A stretch of DNA of 40,000 bases, taken from assembly GCF_916618745.1 (NCBI RefSeq), contig NZ_OU745373.1, positions 2,177,126 through 2,217,125 on the forward strand. Reading direction: 5' to 3'. Numbering within the stretch: position 1 is the stretch's first letter; each line of letters starts with the position of its first letter. Source of the stretch: Cardiobacterium sp. Marseille-Q4385. GTDB taxonomy: Bacteria; Pseudomonadota; Gammaproteobacteria; Cardiobacteriales; Cardiobacteriaceae. The notes beneath the pieces were generated by a model. That model saw nothing but the letters and a program-made list of their open reading frames with translations, had not been told where the DNA came from and did not search any database. The position numbers and the translations under genes are program-made. Shown here one piece after another: positions 18,995-28,856 of the stretch.

Positions 18995-20190
18995 TACTGG
19001 AAGAGTTGTTGGGTGGCTTGGACGGCGGCGACGAGGCGTTCGATGTCGTCGTGGTTGTTGTAGGCAGCGAAGGAGGCGCGGATGGTGGCAGGGATGCCGA
19101 AGCGGCGCATGACGGGTTCGGCGCAGTGCTGACCGACGCGGACGGCGACGCCGTGCTGGTCGAGAACGGTGCCGGCGTCGTGCGGGTGGATGCCGTCCAG
19201 GGTGAAGGAGATGACGGCGGCTTTGTGGCGGGCGGTGCCGATGATGCGCAGGCCGGGCAGGGCGCCGAGGGCGGCTTCGGCGGCGGCACGCAGGGTTTCT
19301 TCGTGCGCGGCGAGGTTGGCGAGGCCTTTATCGGTAACCCAGTCCAGCGCAGCGCCGAGGCCGATCACTTCGACGATAGGCGGGGTGCCGGCCTCGAATT
19401 TTTGCGGGGCGGCGGCGTAGTGGGTGTGCTCGAAGCTGACGCTCAGGATCATGTCGCCGCCGGTCTGGTAGGGCGGCATGGCATCCAGCAGGTCGTATCT
19501 GCCATAGAGAACGCCGATGCCGGTCGGGCCGTAGATTTTGTGTGCGGAGAAGACGAGAAAGTCGCAGCCGAGGGCTTGGACATCGCAAGGCAGATGGGCG
19601 ACGGCCTGGGCGGCGTCCACGATGGTGTGGATGCCGCGCGCTTTGGCCTCGGCGATGAGCGGGGCGAGGTCGTTGATAGTGCCGAGGGCGTTGGAGACGA
19701 GGGTGGCGGAGAAGATTTTGACGCCGTCGAGGTAACGCGTAAAGTTGCTGCTGTCGAGTTCGCCCGCGTCGTTGATGGGCAGCACGACGAGTTCGGCGCC
19801 GAAGCGCTGGCAGGCGCGTTGCCACGGCACGATGTTGGCGTGGTGTTCGAGGGCGGTGAGGAGGATTTTGTCGCCGGGTTTCAAGACAAGTTCGCCCAGC
19901 GAGCTGGCAAGCAGGTTCAGGCCTTCGGTGGTGCTTTTGGTAAAGACGATTTCTTCGGGGCGGGCGGCATTGAGGAAGTGTGCGGTTTTTTCGCGCACGG
20001 TGTCGTAGCGGGCGCTGAGACGCTGCGACAGGGTATGCACCCCCCGGTGGATGTTGCTGTATTCGTGGCGATAGCAGTGATCCATCGCCTCGATGACGGC
20101 CAGCGGTTTTTGTGTGCTGGCAGCGTTGTCGAGGTAGGTCAGCGGCTGGCCGTGGATAGTCTGCGCAAGGATGGGGAATTCATGCCGCAT
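18994..20190 (-). CDS. sufS: Cysteine desulfurase SufS (group II)
   Basis: 398 aa from MRHEFPILAQ.. with YLDNAASTQKP, FSAHKIYGPTGIGVLYG (PLP Lys) and RVGQHCAEP (active-site Cys). The 720-aa tracked ORF is an out-of-frame read-through over sufD. Confidence 0.93.
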   Translation of the reverse strand: MRHEFPILAQTIHGQPLTYLDNAASTQKPLAVIEAMDHCYRHEYSNIHRGVHTLSQRLSARYDTVREKTAHFLNAARPEEIVFTKSTTEGLNLLASSLGELVLKPGDKILLTALEHHANIVPWQRACQRFGAELVVLPINDAGELDSSNFTRYLDGVKIFSATLVSNALGTINDLAPLIAEAKARGIHTIVDAAQAVAHLPCDVQALGCDFLVFSAHKIYGPTGIGVLYGRYDLLDAMPPYQTGGDMILSVSFEHTHYAAAPQKFEAGTPPIVEVIGLGAALDWVTDKGLANLAAHEETLRAAAEAALGALPGLRIIGTARHKAAVISFTLDGIHPHDAGTVLDQHGVAVRVGQHCAEPVMRRFGIPATIRASFAAYNNHDDIERLVAAVQATQQLFQ

Positions 20191-21292
20191 CGGGGGCGTC
20201 CTCGTTGTTGTCGCCGAGCCAGTCGCGGCTGATGGAGTCGTGGACGGCGTCAAGGATAGCCGGATGCTCGATGACGACGGCTTCGTGCAGGAAGCTGAGG
20301 ATGAGCATTTTCCGCGCGTTTTCGAGGCTGATGCCCCGGCTTTGCAGGTAGAACAGGGCGTCGGGATCGAGGCGACCAGTGGTGGAGCCGTGCGCGCATT
20401 GCACGTCGTCGGCGTAGATTTCGAGGCGCGGCACGCTCTGTGAGCGGGCGTTGTCGTGCAGGAGGATGTAGCGGCTGTTTTGTCGTGCGTCGGTTTTTTG
20501 CGCGCCGTGAGCGACGTAGATTGTGCCGTCGAAGTAGCCCTGGGCGCTGTCATCCAGCGCACCGCGCACGATTTGGTGGCTTTCGCTGTTTTCGGTGTGG
20601 TGGCGCACGTTGAGGTGGTAGTCGGCGATCTGGCTGCCGCGCAGGTGCTGGATGCCGCCGAAGGCGAAGTGGCTGCCTTCGCCGCGCAGTTCGCTATGCA
20701 CGTCGAGACGGTGCAGGCTGCCGCCCGCTTGCAGGGCGTTGATGCGGATGCGGCTGTTGGCGGCCTGCTGGCTCGCGATATGCATGAGTTGGGCGGTGTG
20801 TTCTGTGCCATGAAACCACAAGGCAAGGTCGAGTTCCGCACCTTCGGCAGCGTCGATACTGAGGACGGGCAGTTGTGCCCCGGCGCGGCCCGCCTGGTAG
20901 TCAATCCAGCAGGCGGTGCGGCTGTTTTTGCCGAGGCGCAGGTGGATGCGGCTGTGTTGCAGTCGCGGTGCGGCGAGGTCGATGTTGAGCACGAGCGGGG
21001 CGTCAAGCGAGGTATTTTCAGGCACGGTGAGCAGCAGGGCGTCGCGCTGTTCGGCGAGGTTTTGCGCGAGGTAGGGCGCATCCGGCAGGTCGAGCAGGCG
21101 GCGGTCAGCATCGGCAAAGTCGCCGTAGTCTTCACCGACGGCGTCCGGCAGGTCATATTGGTAGTCGCTGCCTTCGCTTTTGCGCTCGCGCGCGGTCAGG
21201 GTGTCAAGCGGGGTCCAGCGCCAGGCTTCGTGGCGGCGCGGTTCGCCGTAGTTCTCGCGGTAGGCGCGGGCTTGTTCCTGGATGTTGTTCAT
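20180..21292 (-). CDS. sufD: Fe-S cluster assembly protein SufD
   Basis: 370 aa with C-terminal ..EIYADDVQCAHGSTTGRLDPDALFYLQSRGI.., typical of SufB/SufD. It overlaps sufS by 11 nt and shares a 1-nt boundary with sufC. Confidence 0.9.
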   Translation of the reverse strand: MNNIQEQARAYRENYGEPRRHEAWRWTPLDTLTARERKSEGSDYQYDLPDAVGEDYGDFADADRRLLDLPDAPYLAQNLAEQRDALLLTVPENTSLDAPLVLNIDLAAPRLQHSRIHLRLGKNSRTACWIDYQAGRAGAQLPVLSIDAAEGAELDLALWFHGTEHTAQLMHIASQQAANSRIRINALQAGGSLHRLDVHSELRGEGSHFAFGGIQHLRGSQIADYHLNVRHHTENSESHQIVRGALDDSAQGYFDGTIYVAHGAQKTDARQNSRYILLHDNARSQSVPRLEIYADDVQCAHGSTTGRLDPDALFYLQSRGISLENARKMLILSFLHEAVVIEHPAILDAVHDSISRDWLGDNNEDAPDAA

Positions 21293-22062
21293 TATGCGCT
21301 CCGTGCTGCGCCGGTTTCTTCGCCCCGGAAGTCGGCATAGCCTTTGGCTTCGAGTTCGAGGGCGAGGTTTTTGTCGCCGCTTTCGACGATTTCGCCGTTG
21401 ACGAGGACGTGGACGTAATCGGGCACGATGTAGTCAAGCAGGCGCTGGTAGTGGGTGATGACGAGAAAGGAACGCGCCGGGTCGCGCAGGGCGTTGACGC
21501 CGTCAGAGACGACGCGCAGGGCGTCGATGTCGAGGCCGGAATCGGTTTCATCCAGCACGGCGAGGCGCGGTTCAAGGACGGACATTTGCATGATTTCGTT
21601 GCGCTTTTTCTCGCCGCCGGAGAAGCCGACGTTGACCGGGCGCGAGAGGAAGCTGTCGTTCATTTTTACGGTCTTCATGCGCTGTTGCAGCAGTTCGTAG
21701 AATTCCATCGCGTCCATTTCGCCTTTGCCTTCGTAGGCGCGCTTGGCGTTGACCGCGGCTTTGAGGAAGTAGAGGTTGCTGACGCCAGGGATTTCCACCG
21801 GATACTGGAAGGCGAGAAAGATGCCGGCGCAGGCGCGTTCGTCCGGCTCCATGTCGAGCAGGTTTTTACCGTTGTAGGTGATGCTGCCTGCGGTAATTTC
21901 GTAGTTTTCCTGTCCGGCGATGACGTTGGCGAGGGTGGATTTGCCGGAGCCGTTCGGTCCCATGATGGCGTGGACTTCGCCCGCGCCGATATGGAGGTTG
22001 ACGCCGTTTAATATTTTTTTGCCGTCGAGGGTGGCGACGTGCAGGTTTTCGATGTTGAGCAT
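21292..22062 (-). CDS. sufC: Fe-S cluster assembly ATPase SufC
   Basis: Walker [10 protein letters not shown], signature FSGGEKKR, and Walker [13 protein letters not shown]. Confidence 0.96.
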   Translation of the reverse strand: MLNIENLHVATLDGKKILNGVNLHIGAGEVHAIMGPNGSGKSTLANVIAGQENYEITAGSITYNGKNLLDMEPDERACAGIFLAFQYPVEIPGVSNLYFLKAAVNAKRAYEGKGEMDAMEFYELLQQRMKTVKMNDSFLSRPVNVGFSGGEKKRNEIMQMSVLEPRLAVLDETDSGLDIDALRVVSDGVNALRDPARSFLVITHYQRLLDYIVPDYVHVLVNGEIVESGDKNLALELEAKGYADFRGEETGAARSA

Positions 22063-22165
22063 GGTGTTTCCTTTTGTTGTTCTGTAATGCAGTGGGGCGT
22101 GTGGTTATCTCGCTTGACGCGTCTGGAGGGCGTAAAGCCAGATTTCGCCTCGCTTGGCGGGTGTT

Positions 22166-23608
22166 TTAGCCGACACTGCCTTCGAGTTTGAGTTCGATCA
22201 GGCGTTGTGCTTCAACGGCAAATTCCATCGGCAGTTCCTGGAAGATTTCTTTGCAGAAGCCATTGACGATGAGGCTGACCGCGTCTTCTTCGGACAGGCC
22301 GCGCTGCATGCAGTAGAAGATTTGGTCTTCGCCGATTTTGGCGGTGGTCGCTTCGTGTTCGACTTGCGCCGTCGGGTTTTGCACCATCAGGTACGGAAAG
22401 GTGTGCGCGCCGCAGTTGCTGCCGATGAGCAGGGAGTCGCATTGTGAGAAGTTGCGCGCGCCGTCGGCTTTCGGCAGGATTTTGACCAGGCCGCGATAAG
22501 CGTTCTGCGCGTGGCCGAGCGAGATGCCTTTGGAGATGATGGTCGATTTGGTGTTTTTGCCGATGTGGATCATTTTTGAGCCGGAATCGATCTGCTGGTA
22601 GTCGCGGGCGAGGGCGACGGAGTAGAACTCGCCGATGCTGTCATCGCCTTTCAGGACGACGCCGGGGTATTTCCAGGTGATGGCTGAGCCGGTTTCGACT
22701 TGTGTCCACGAGATTTTGCTGCGCGCGCCTTCGCACAGGCCGCGTTTGGTAACGAAGTTGTAGATGCCGCCGTTGCCGTCTTTGTCGCCGGGAAACCAGT
22801 TCTGCACGGTGGAGTATTTCACTTCGGCGTTTTCGTGGGCGATGATTTCGACGACAGCGGCATGCAGCTGGTGTTCTTCCCGCTTCGGCGCGGTGCAGCC
22901 TTCAAGGTAGGACACGTATGCGCCTTTGTCGGCGATGATGAGTGTGCGCTCAAACTGGCCGGTGTTGGCGGCGTTGATGCGGAAGTAGGTAGAGAGTTCC
23001 ATCGGGCAACGCACGCCGGGCGGGATGTAGCAGAAGGAGCCGTCGGTGAAGACGGCGGAGTTGAGTGCGCTGAAGTAGTTATCGTCCATGCGCACGACGG
23101 AGCCGAGGTATTTGCGCACGAGGTCGGGGTGCTCTTTGACCGCTTCGCTGAAGGAGCAGAAGATGATGCCTTCTTTGCCGAGACGCTCTTTGAAGCTGGT
23201 CGCGACCGAGACGGAGTCGAAGACGGCATCGACCGCCACGCCCGCCAGCATTTCCCGCTCTTGCAGCGGGATGCCGAGCTTTTCGTAGGTGCGCAGCAGT
23301 TCGGGATCGACTTCATCCAGCGACTTGGGGCCGTCTTTCTGGGTTTTCGGCGCGGAGTAGTAGGAAATCGCCTGGTAGTCGATGGGCTTGATGTTGAGAT
23401 GTCCCCAGTCGGGCTGTTCCAGGGTCAGCCAGTGGCGGTAGGCAGCGAGGCGGAATTCACGCAGCCAGTCCGGCTCGTTTTTCATGCGCGAGATGTGCGC
23501 GATGACGCTTTCGTCAAGGCCGGGCGGTAGGGTTTCTTGTTCGATGTGGGTTTCAAAGCCGTACTGGTATTCGGTTTCGGCGATTTTTTTCAGTTCTTCG
23601 TTGCTCAT
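22166..23608 (-). CDS. sufB: Fe-S cluster assembly scaffold SufB
   Basis: 480 aa with ..[20 protein letters not shown].., CDSLLIG.., [26 protein letters not shown]. Confidence 0.96.
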   Translation of the reverse strand: MSNEELKKIAETEYQYGFETHIEQETLPPGLDESVIAHISRMKNEPDWLREFRLAAYRHWLTLEQPDWGHLNIKPIDYQAISYYSAPKTQKDGPKSLDEVDPELLRTYEKLGIPLQEREMLAGVAVDAVFDSVSVATSFKERLGKEGIIFCSFSEAVKEHPDLVRKYLGSVVRMDDNYFSALNSAVFTDGSFCYIPPGVRCPMELSTYFRINAANTGQFERTLIIADKGAYVSYLEGCTAPKREEHQLHAAVVEIIAHENAEVKYSTVQNWFPGDKDGNGGIYNFVTKRGLCEGARSKISWTQVETGSAITWKYPGVVLKGDDSIGEFYSVALARDYQQIDSGSKMIHIGKNTKSTIISKGISLGHAQNAYRGLVKILPKADGARNFSQCDSLLIGSNCGAHTFPYLMVQNPTAQVEHEATTAKIGEDQIFYCMQRGLSEEDAVSLIVNGFCKEIFQELPMEFAVEAQRLIELKLEGSVG

Positions 23609-24045
23609 GAGGCTTTACTTTGGGTTTGTGCGGGGTGCAGGCGTTCGTAGCGCTGCATATCGGCCAGGGTTTTATCGGCAAGCAGGGCACGGATGTCGTT
23701 GTTCAGGGTCAGCCAGAAGGGGCTGAGCTGGCAGTGTTCGGCCAGCGCACAGTTGTTCTCGCTTGCCGCGCATTCGACCAGTTCCGGCGTGCCTTCCATC
23801 GCTTCCACCACGTCTAGCGCGGTGATGTCGGCTGCGTCACGGGCAAGCTGGTAACCGCCGTAGGCACCACGGGTGGATTCGAGGATGCCCCGCTGGGTCA
23901 GGCGTTTCAGCACTTTGCCGGACATTGGCACGGCAATGCGGGTACGGCCTGCAAGGTAAGCGGTGTTTTTGGCGGTGCCGTCGGCAGCCAGCACCGCACC
24001 GAGCAGCATGAAGGCGTATTCGGTTTCTTTGGTGATGCGCAGCAT
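23605..24045 (-). CDS. Rrf2-family transcriptional regulator (probable SUF operon regulator)
   Basis: 146 aa with an N-terminal wHTH ([41 protein letters not shown]) and a Cys cluster ([15 protein letters not shown]) compatible with an Fe-S sensor. ATGA overlap with sufB. Confidence 0.85.
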   Translation of the reverse strand: MLRITKETEYAFMLLGAVLAADGTAKNTAYLAGRTRIAVPMSGKVLKRLTQRGILESTRGAYGGYQLARDAADITALDVVEAMEGTPELVECAASENNCALAEHCQLSPFWLTLNNDIRALLADKTLADMQRYERLHPAQTQSKAS

Positions 24046-24131
24046 GGGAAAGGGTTTCTGAATCAGGACAGGAAATGTACTTTATCGGGTTCGCGCAGGG
24101 CGTGCAAGCCGCACGTTCTACTTTTCTGTTC

Positions 24132-26123
24132 TTAAAGCCGGATTCGTTTGATTAAATCAATCAGTTGCGAAGCGTTACCATTTTCGCGGTAACGCAAGGC
24201 TTCGTAGCCCGCCGCTGCGGCCTGCAACTGCGCCGCTTGCGGCGGCGCGGCGTTCTGCGCGAGGCGGCGGAAGAAGACGGCGACGGATTCGTTGTCGTCT
24301 TTTACATAACCGCGCTTCGCCCAGCGCGCGAGACGGCGGCGCAGCAGGCGGGCGACGGCGTCTTCGTCGTGACGCGGGCGGTTGTGCCAGAACCAGTAGA
24401 GCAGCGCCGCGCCGATGAGCAGGGCGGGGACGAGGATGAAAAGGAGGCCGATGGCACCAAGGTTTTGCAGGCCGAGGCCGCGCAGGATGCTTTGCTGCTG
24501 GTCGCGGTCGAGCTCGATAACCCAGTCCTGCCAGAAGGCCTGTGTCGCTTCCAGGGCGTCGCGCAGCCAGGCGACGGCGCCGAGGGTTTCGGCGATGCGC
24601 GAGGTGAGCGAGCGGCTGTCTTCGCCTTCAAGACCGCCACCGGAGATGCGCCCTTGCAGGATGCGTTCCGGGGCGACGGCGGCGGTCGGGTCGAAACGCG
24701 CCCAGCCTTCGCCGTCAATCCACAGTTCCGCCCAGGCGTGCGCCGCTTCTTCACGCACTGCCCAGTCGCCGCTGACCGAGTTCGGTTCGCCGCCCTGATA
24801 GCCGATGACGACCCGCGCCGGAATGCCGACACTGCGCGCGGCCAGCACCATCGCGTTGGTGTAGTGTTCGCAGAAGCCCATGCGGTTGCCAAAGAGGAAG
24901 GATTCCGGGTTGCCCGCACCGGGCGGCGGTTCCAGGGTGTAGTAGAACTCGTTGTTGCGCAGATAGGTGAGAAAGGCATTGGCAAAGCCGCGCGTGTCGC
25001 CGCCGGTTTCTTGAAACAGCCGCCGCGCCAGCCCTTCCGTTTGCGGCATCGGATAATTGCGTGGCAGTTGCAGGGCGTCTTTGCGGTCGCGCGCCGGCAG
25101 GGCGTCTTCCATACGGTAACTGAGCGCCGAGGACACCTCGAAGCGGTTGGCCGTGACCCCGCGCGGCGATATCGGCATTTGTACCTGCCAGGCATAGCCG
25201 GCGCGCGCTTCCGTCGGCAGATTGAGCGGCAAATCCAGCACCGTCAGCCAGCGCAGGGATTTCTTCACCGGCGTCAATTCATAGCGCACCACGCTGTTTT
25301 CCCGATAACCGAAACGCGGCGGGCGGTTAAACACCTCGCCCGGACGCTGATGCCACTGAATGCCGTCGAAAAACCACAGCACTGGCCCGCGCCAGTAGAG
25401 CTGGTTCAAATCCGGGCGCGAATCGCCGAGGAAGCGGACGCGGAAGGCGATCTCGTTTGACTGCGCCAGCGACGACAAATCGCCCATATGCATCTCTTCC
25501 GGCAGGCCCGTCTTTGCGCCGCCCTGCTGCGGCATGCCCCACAGCGGCTGCACGCGCGGGAAGAGGAAAAACATCGCGGCGGCGAACGGCAGGGCGATGG
25601 CAAACATCCGCACCACATCACGCCAGCGGGCGAACTGCACCCGCGCCCGCCCCAACTGCTCGAAGCGCAGCAACCCGCGCAGACTGATCACCAGCGTAAA
25701 GAGCAGATAGACAAACATCGGAATCGACTGCGAATACATCAAAAACGCCAGCATCAGTAGCATCTGCAACAAAAACAGCACATGCACATCGCGGCGGTTG
25801 CGCGCTTCCAGCAACTTGCACACGCTCATCGTCACCAGCATTGCCACAAACGACATCGTCATCCCCACCGAATGCAGACGCGAATACACCAAAGAGCAGC
25901 CGGCAAACATCAGCACCAGCGCCGCGCCGAGGGCAAAACGCTCGCTTTTCAGCGCGAGCGCGACAAACTTCAATACCACTCCGGCAGCGAGCAGCATCCC
26001 CAGTTCCGACGGCAAAAAGAAAAACAGCGGCAGGGCGACAAACAAAAATGTCGCCGCCACCCGCCGCCACTCGCCCGCATCCAGGCGGTTATGAAAATCC
26101 TCGGCACTCACCCAGCGGATCAT
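24132..26123 (-). CDS. Transglutaminase-domain membrane protein (TgpA-like; DUF3488 N-terminus)
   Basis: Multi-TM N-terminal region. The transglutaminase core has Cys (GFCEHYTNAMV), His (AHAWAELW) and Asp (RFDPT), and there is a late TM segment (LLFILVPALLIGAALLYWFW). The start is at the ATG at 26123, overlapping the DUF58 stop (ATGA). Confidence 0.85.
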   Translation of the reverse strand: MIRWVSAEDFHNRLDAGEWRRVAATFLFVALPLFFFLPSELGMLLAAGVVLKFVALALKSERFALGAALVLMFAGCSLVYSRLHSVGMTMSFVAMLVTMSVCKLLEARNRRDVHVLFLLQMLLMLAFLMYSQSIPMFVYLLFTLVISLRGLLRFEQLGRARVQFARWRDVVRMFAIALPFAAAMFFLFPRVQPLWGMPQQGGAKTGLPEEMHMGDLSSLAQSNEIAFRVRFLGDSRPDLNQLYWRGPVLWFFDGIQWHQRPGEVFNRPPRFGYRENSVVRYELTPVKKSLRWLTVLDLPLNLPTEARAGYAWQVQMPISPRGVTANRFEVSSALSYRMEDALPARDRKDALQLPRNYPMPQTEGLARRLFQETGGDTRGFANAFLTYLRNNEFYYTLEPPPGAGNPESFLFGNRMGFCEHYTNAMVLAARSVGIPARVVIGYQGGEPNSVSGDWAVREEAAHAWAELWIDGEGWARFDPTAAVAPERILQGRISGGGLEGEDSRSLTSRIAETLGAVAWLRDALEATQAFWQDWVIELDRDQQQSILRGLGLQNLGAIGLLFILVPALLIGAALLYWFWHNRPRHDEDAVARLLRRRLARWAKRGYVKDDNESVAVFFRRLAQNAAPPQAAQLQAAAAGYEALRYRENGNASQLIDLIKRIRL

Positions 26124-27070
26124 GCCCCACCTCCAAACAGCGCCAAGGCGCGCAAACAAGCCTCGCGGTGCTCGCGGCCATGGCCAAAATCGAAAAACAC
26201 ATCCGGCGGCAGGCGCAGCGCATACAGCAGCCCCTGCCTGTCGGCATCCATCACCCACTTGGCGAGCTGCGACAAGCGCTGCTCCGTGCCACCTTTGGCG
26301 GCAGCAAAATCCAGCAACAAACGCGGCGCGCCCTCACCGGCAAACTGCTTCAACAACAACTCGCCCCGGCCAAAACGCTTCCAGGCGACGCGGGAGAGCG
26401 CATCGCCGAGCACATACGGCCGTAATCCGGATAACTCATCATCACCCGCCGCCGCGCCGACCACCTTGCCCTCGCCCGCCATCGACACCCAGGGCAACGG
26501 CTGCTCGCCGACCGGACGCGGATACACCAGCACCCGCGCTTCCAGCCGCAACCACGCCCACGTCACAAACGCGCCGAGCGGGTGCAGACAAAACGCCTCA
26601 AGCGGCGCCATATACTGCCAGCCGCGCCGCTGCGCCGGTTCACGCAACACCACCTGCGCCGTCGCGCGCGGCAGCACATCCTCACAGCGCGTCTCATGCC
26701 ACGCATTGCGCAGCGTGAGCAGGCCGCGCAGGCGCCCATCACGTTCCGTGACCGACACCACAAACGCTGCCTCATCGCCCGCCCACACCGGTGCACCGCC
26801 GCGCGCAGAAAACGACAAACCGGCGAGCTGCCCTGCCGTAATCGTGCCGCCCAACAAAAACACCGTGAACGCCAAAAACGTCAGGGCATAACCCAAATTG
26901 AGCTGATGATTGGCCGACCACAAAAACATCACCGCCAGCACGGCAAAAAACGCCAAACCAAAATACGACGGCACGACCGGCATCCTTAGCGCCGAAGGCA
27001 AATCCCGCTGCGCCACCGCCGCATCCAGCCGCGCCATCCAGCGTACGCGCAAACGTTTGACCAGCGCCAT
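26120..27070 (-). CDS. DUF58 domain protein (MoxR-associated, vWA-like)
   Basis: Two N-terminal TM helices and the DUF58 motif ..LSGLRPYVLGDALSRVAWKRFGRGELLLKQF.. ATGA overlaps at both ends. Confidence 0.8.
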   Translation of the reverse strand: MALVKRLRVRWMARLDAAVAQRDLPSALRMPVVPSYFGLAFFAVLAVMFLWSANHQLNLGYALTFLAFTVFLLGGTITAGQLAGLSFSARGGAPVWAGDEAAFVVSVTERDGRLRGLLTLRNAWHETRCEDVLPRATAQVVLREPAQRRGWQYMAPLEAFCLHPLGAFVTWAWLRLEARVLVYPRPVGEQPLPWVSMAGEGKVVGAAAGDDELSGLRPYVLGDALSRVAWKRFGRGELLLKQFAGEGAPRLLLDFAAAKGGTEQRLSQLAKWVMDADRQGLLYALRLPPDVFFDFGHGREHREACLRALALFGGGA

Positions 27071-28014
27071 CAGAGCGGCACCGCCACCTGCGCCAGCACC
27101 CGCGCCAGCGCCGCCGCGTGACCATCACTATCCGCATGCACCGAATGCAGACGGTGCCAGGCCACCGCCGGAAACACCGCCTGCACAAACTCCGGCAGCA
27201 CCGCCGACTCACCGCGCAGCAGCGCATACGCCTGCGCCGCGCGCACCAGCGACAACCCGGCCCGCGTTGACAACCCGTGGACAAAATCGCCGCACGAACG
27301 TGAAAACGCCAGCAAATGCTGCACATACAGCGCCAATGCCTCCGAGACTGCCACCTGCGCCGCCGCTTGCTGCAACGCCAGCACATCCTCGCGCGACAAC
27401 AGCGGACGGGCAGAAGCGAGCAACTCACTGCGGTCACGCCCGCGCAGCACCTCCACCTCGCTGGCCGCATCCGGATAACCGAGCGAGAGACGCATCAAAA
27501 AACGGTCCACCTGCGCTTCCGGCAGGGCAAACGTGCCAATCTGTTCCAGCGGATTCTGCGTGGCAATCACAAAAAACGGCGACGGCAGCGGATGCGTGCG
27601 GTGATCCACCGACACCTGCCGCTCCTCCATCGCCTCCAGCAGTGCAGACTGACTCTTCGGCGACGCACGGTTCACCTCATCGGCAAGCAACAACTGCGTG
27701 AACACCGGCCCCTGATGAAAGATCAACGCCTGCGACTGCGGGTCTAGCGTCGAAAAACCGACCACATCGGCCGGCAACAAATCGGACGTGAACTGAATAC
27801 GGCGGAAATCCAGCCCAAGCGTGGCGGCAAACGCCTTGGCAAGCGTCGTCTTGCCCGCCCCCGGTAAATCCTCCAGCAACAAATGCCCGCGCGCGAGCAA
27901 ACACGCCGCCGCCAGCGAAATCACCTCTTCCTTGCCGACAATAATCGAACCCAACTGGGCAAGCGCCTGCTGCAAACGCTGGCGGACATCGGCGGATAAC
28001 GGGGACAGCGACAT
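27070..28014 (-). CDS. MoxR-family AAA+ ATPase
   Basis: Walker A EDLPGAGKTTLAKA, Walker B LLADEVNRASPKSQSALLEAMEE, and FFVIATQNPLEQIGTFALPEAQVDRF. The start at 28014 is preceded by GGAGG. Confidence 0.92.
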   Translation of the reverse strand: MSLSPLSADVRQRLQQALAQLGSIIVGKEEVISLAAACLLARGHLLLEDLPGAGKTTLAKAFAATLGLDFRRIQFTSDLLPADVVGFSTLDPQSQALIFHQGPVFTQLLLADEVNRASPKSQSALLEAMEERQVSVDHRTHPLPSPFFVIATQNPLEQIGTFALPEAQVDRFLMRLSLGYPDAASEVEVLRGRDRSELLASARPLLSREDVLALQQAAAQVAVSEALALYVQHLLAFSRSCGDFVHGLSTRAGLSLVRAAQAYALLRGESAVLPEFVQAVFPAVAWHRLHSVHADSDGHAAALARVLAQVAVPL

Positions 28015-28121
28015 AAAAACCTCCATGAACGAACGTAAAGAAAACGGGCGCGAATAGTAGCAAAAAAGCGGGCTGGACAGCGGTGGCGTCCCGGCCGTCC
28101 GCCCCGCCTGCGGCGGCAACA

Positions 28122-28130
28122 TGCTAAAAT
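28122..28130 (+). promoter_or_regulatory. Candidate extended -10 promoter element for ubiG
   Basis: TGCTAAAAT (TGn plus TAAAAT) lies 31 nt upstream of the ubiG ATG in the divergent moxR/ubiG intergenic region. There is no good -35. Confidence 0.4.
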
Positions 28131-28160
28131 CCGCGCACTTTTCCTCATGAGAGACCAGTC

Positions 28161-28856
28161 ATGCACACCATTCCGCATTCCGCCGATATTCACAGTTTCG
28201 AGCAACACGGCAGCGCGTTTTGGGACAAGAACGGCCCTTACCGCACCCTGCACCACATCAATCCCGCCCGTCTGCAATTCATCACCCAGTACACGGATTT
28301 GCAGGATAAGCGCGTCCTTGATTTCGGCTGCGGCGGCGGGATTTTGAGCGAGGTGCTGGCGGATAGTGGTGCGCAGGTGGTCGGCATTGACCTCGCCGCT
28401 GCCGTGCTGGAAGCGGCCCGCGCCCATCGTGGCGACAAGACGATCGACTATATTCATGCCTCCGGCGCTGATCTGGTCGCGCGTGGTGAGTCGTTTGATG
28501 TCATCACCTGCATGGAAATGCTGGAACACGTTGCCGATCCTGCCGCCATTCTGCGCGATATTCATGCCCTGCTGCGTCCGGGTGGTCTTGTTTTCCTGTC
28601 GACGGTGAACCGCACCCTGCCAGCGCGTCTTGGTGCTATCTGCGCCGCTGAGTATCTACTGAATCTCGTCCCCAAAGGCACGCATCAATATGACTGGTTT
28701 ATCCGCCCGGCCGAGTTGACGCGTATGGTGCGCCGCGCCGGGTTGACGCCGCTGGCCATCAGCGGCATGTCGTATAACCCGCTCACGCGCAGCGCCTGCC
28801 TGTCGCGCCGTACGGCGATAAATTATCTGATGGTTGCCCGCCGGGATGCTGTATGA
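28161..28856 (+). CDS. ubiG: Ubiquinone biosynthesis O-methyltransferase UbiG
   Basis: FEQHGSAFWDKNGPYRTLHHINPARLQFI, the SAM motif VLDFGCGGGILSE, and ITCMEMLEHV. Confidence 0.93.
   Translation: MHTIPHSADIHSFEQHGSAFWDKNGPYRTLHHINPARLQFITQYTDLQDKRVLDFGCGGGILSEVLADSGAQVVGIDLAAAVLEAARAHRGDKTIDYIHASGADLVARGESFDVITCMEMLEHVADPAAILRDIHALLRPGGLVFLSTVNRTLPARLGAICAAEYLLNLVPKGTHQYDWFIRPAELTRMVRRAGLTPLAISGMSYNPLTRSACLSRRTAINYLMVARRDAV

Noticed and set aside
18994-21156. 720-aa ORF suggesting a giant SufS fusion
   Set aside because: The N-terminal 320 aa or so are a Thr/Ala/Ser/Pro-rich out-of-frame reading across sufD. Authentic SufS begins at MRHEFPILAQ (ATG at 20190), and sufD occupies 20180-21292 in another frame.
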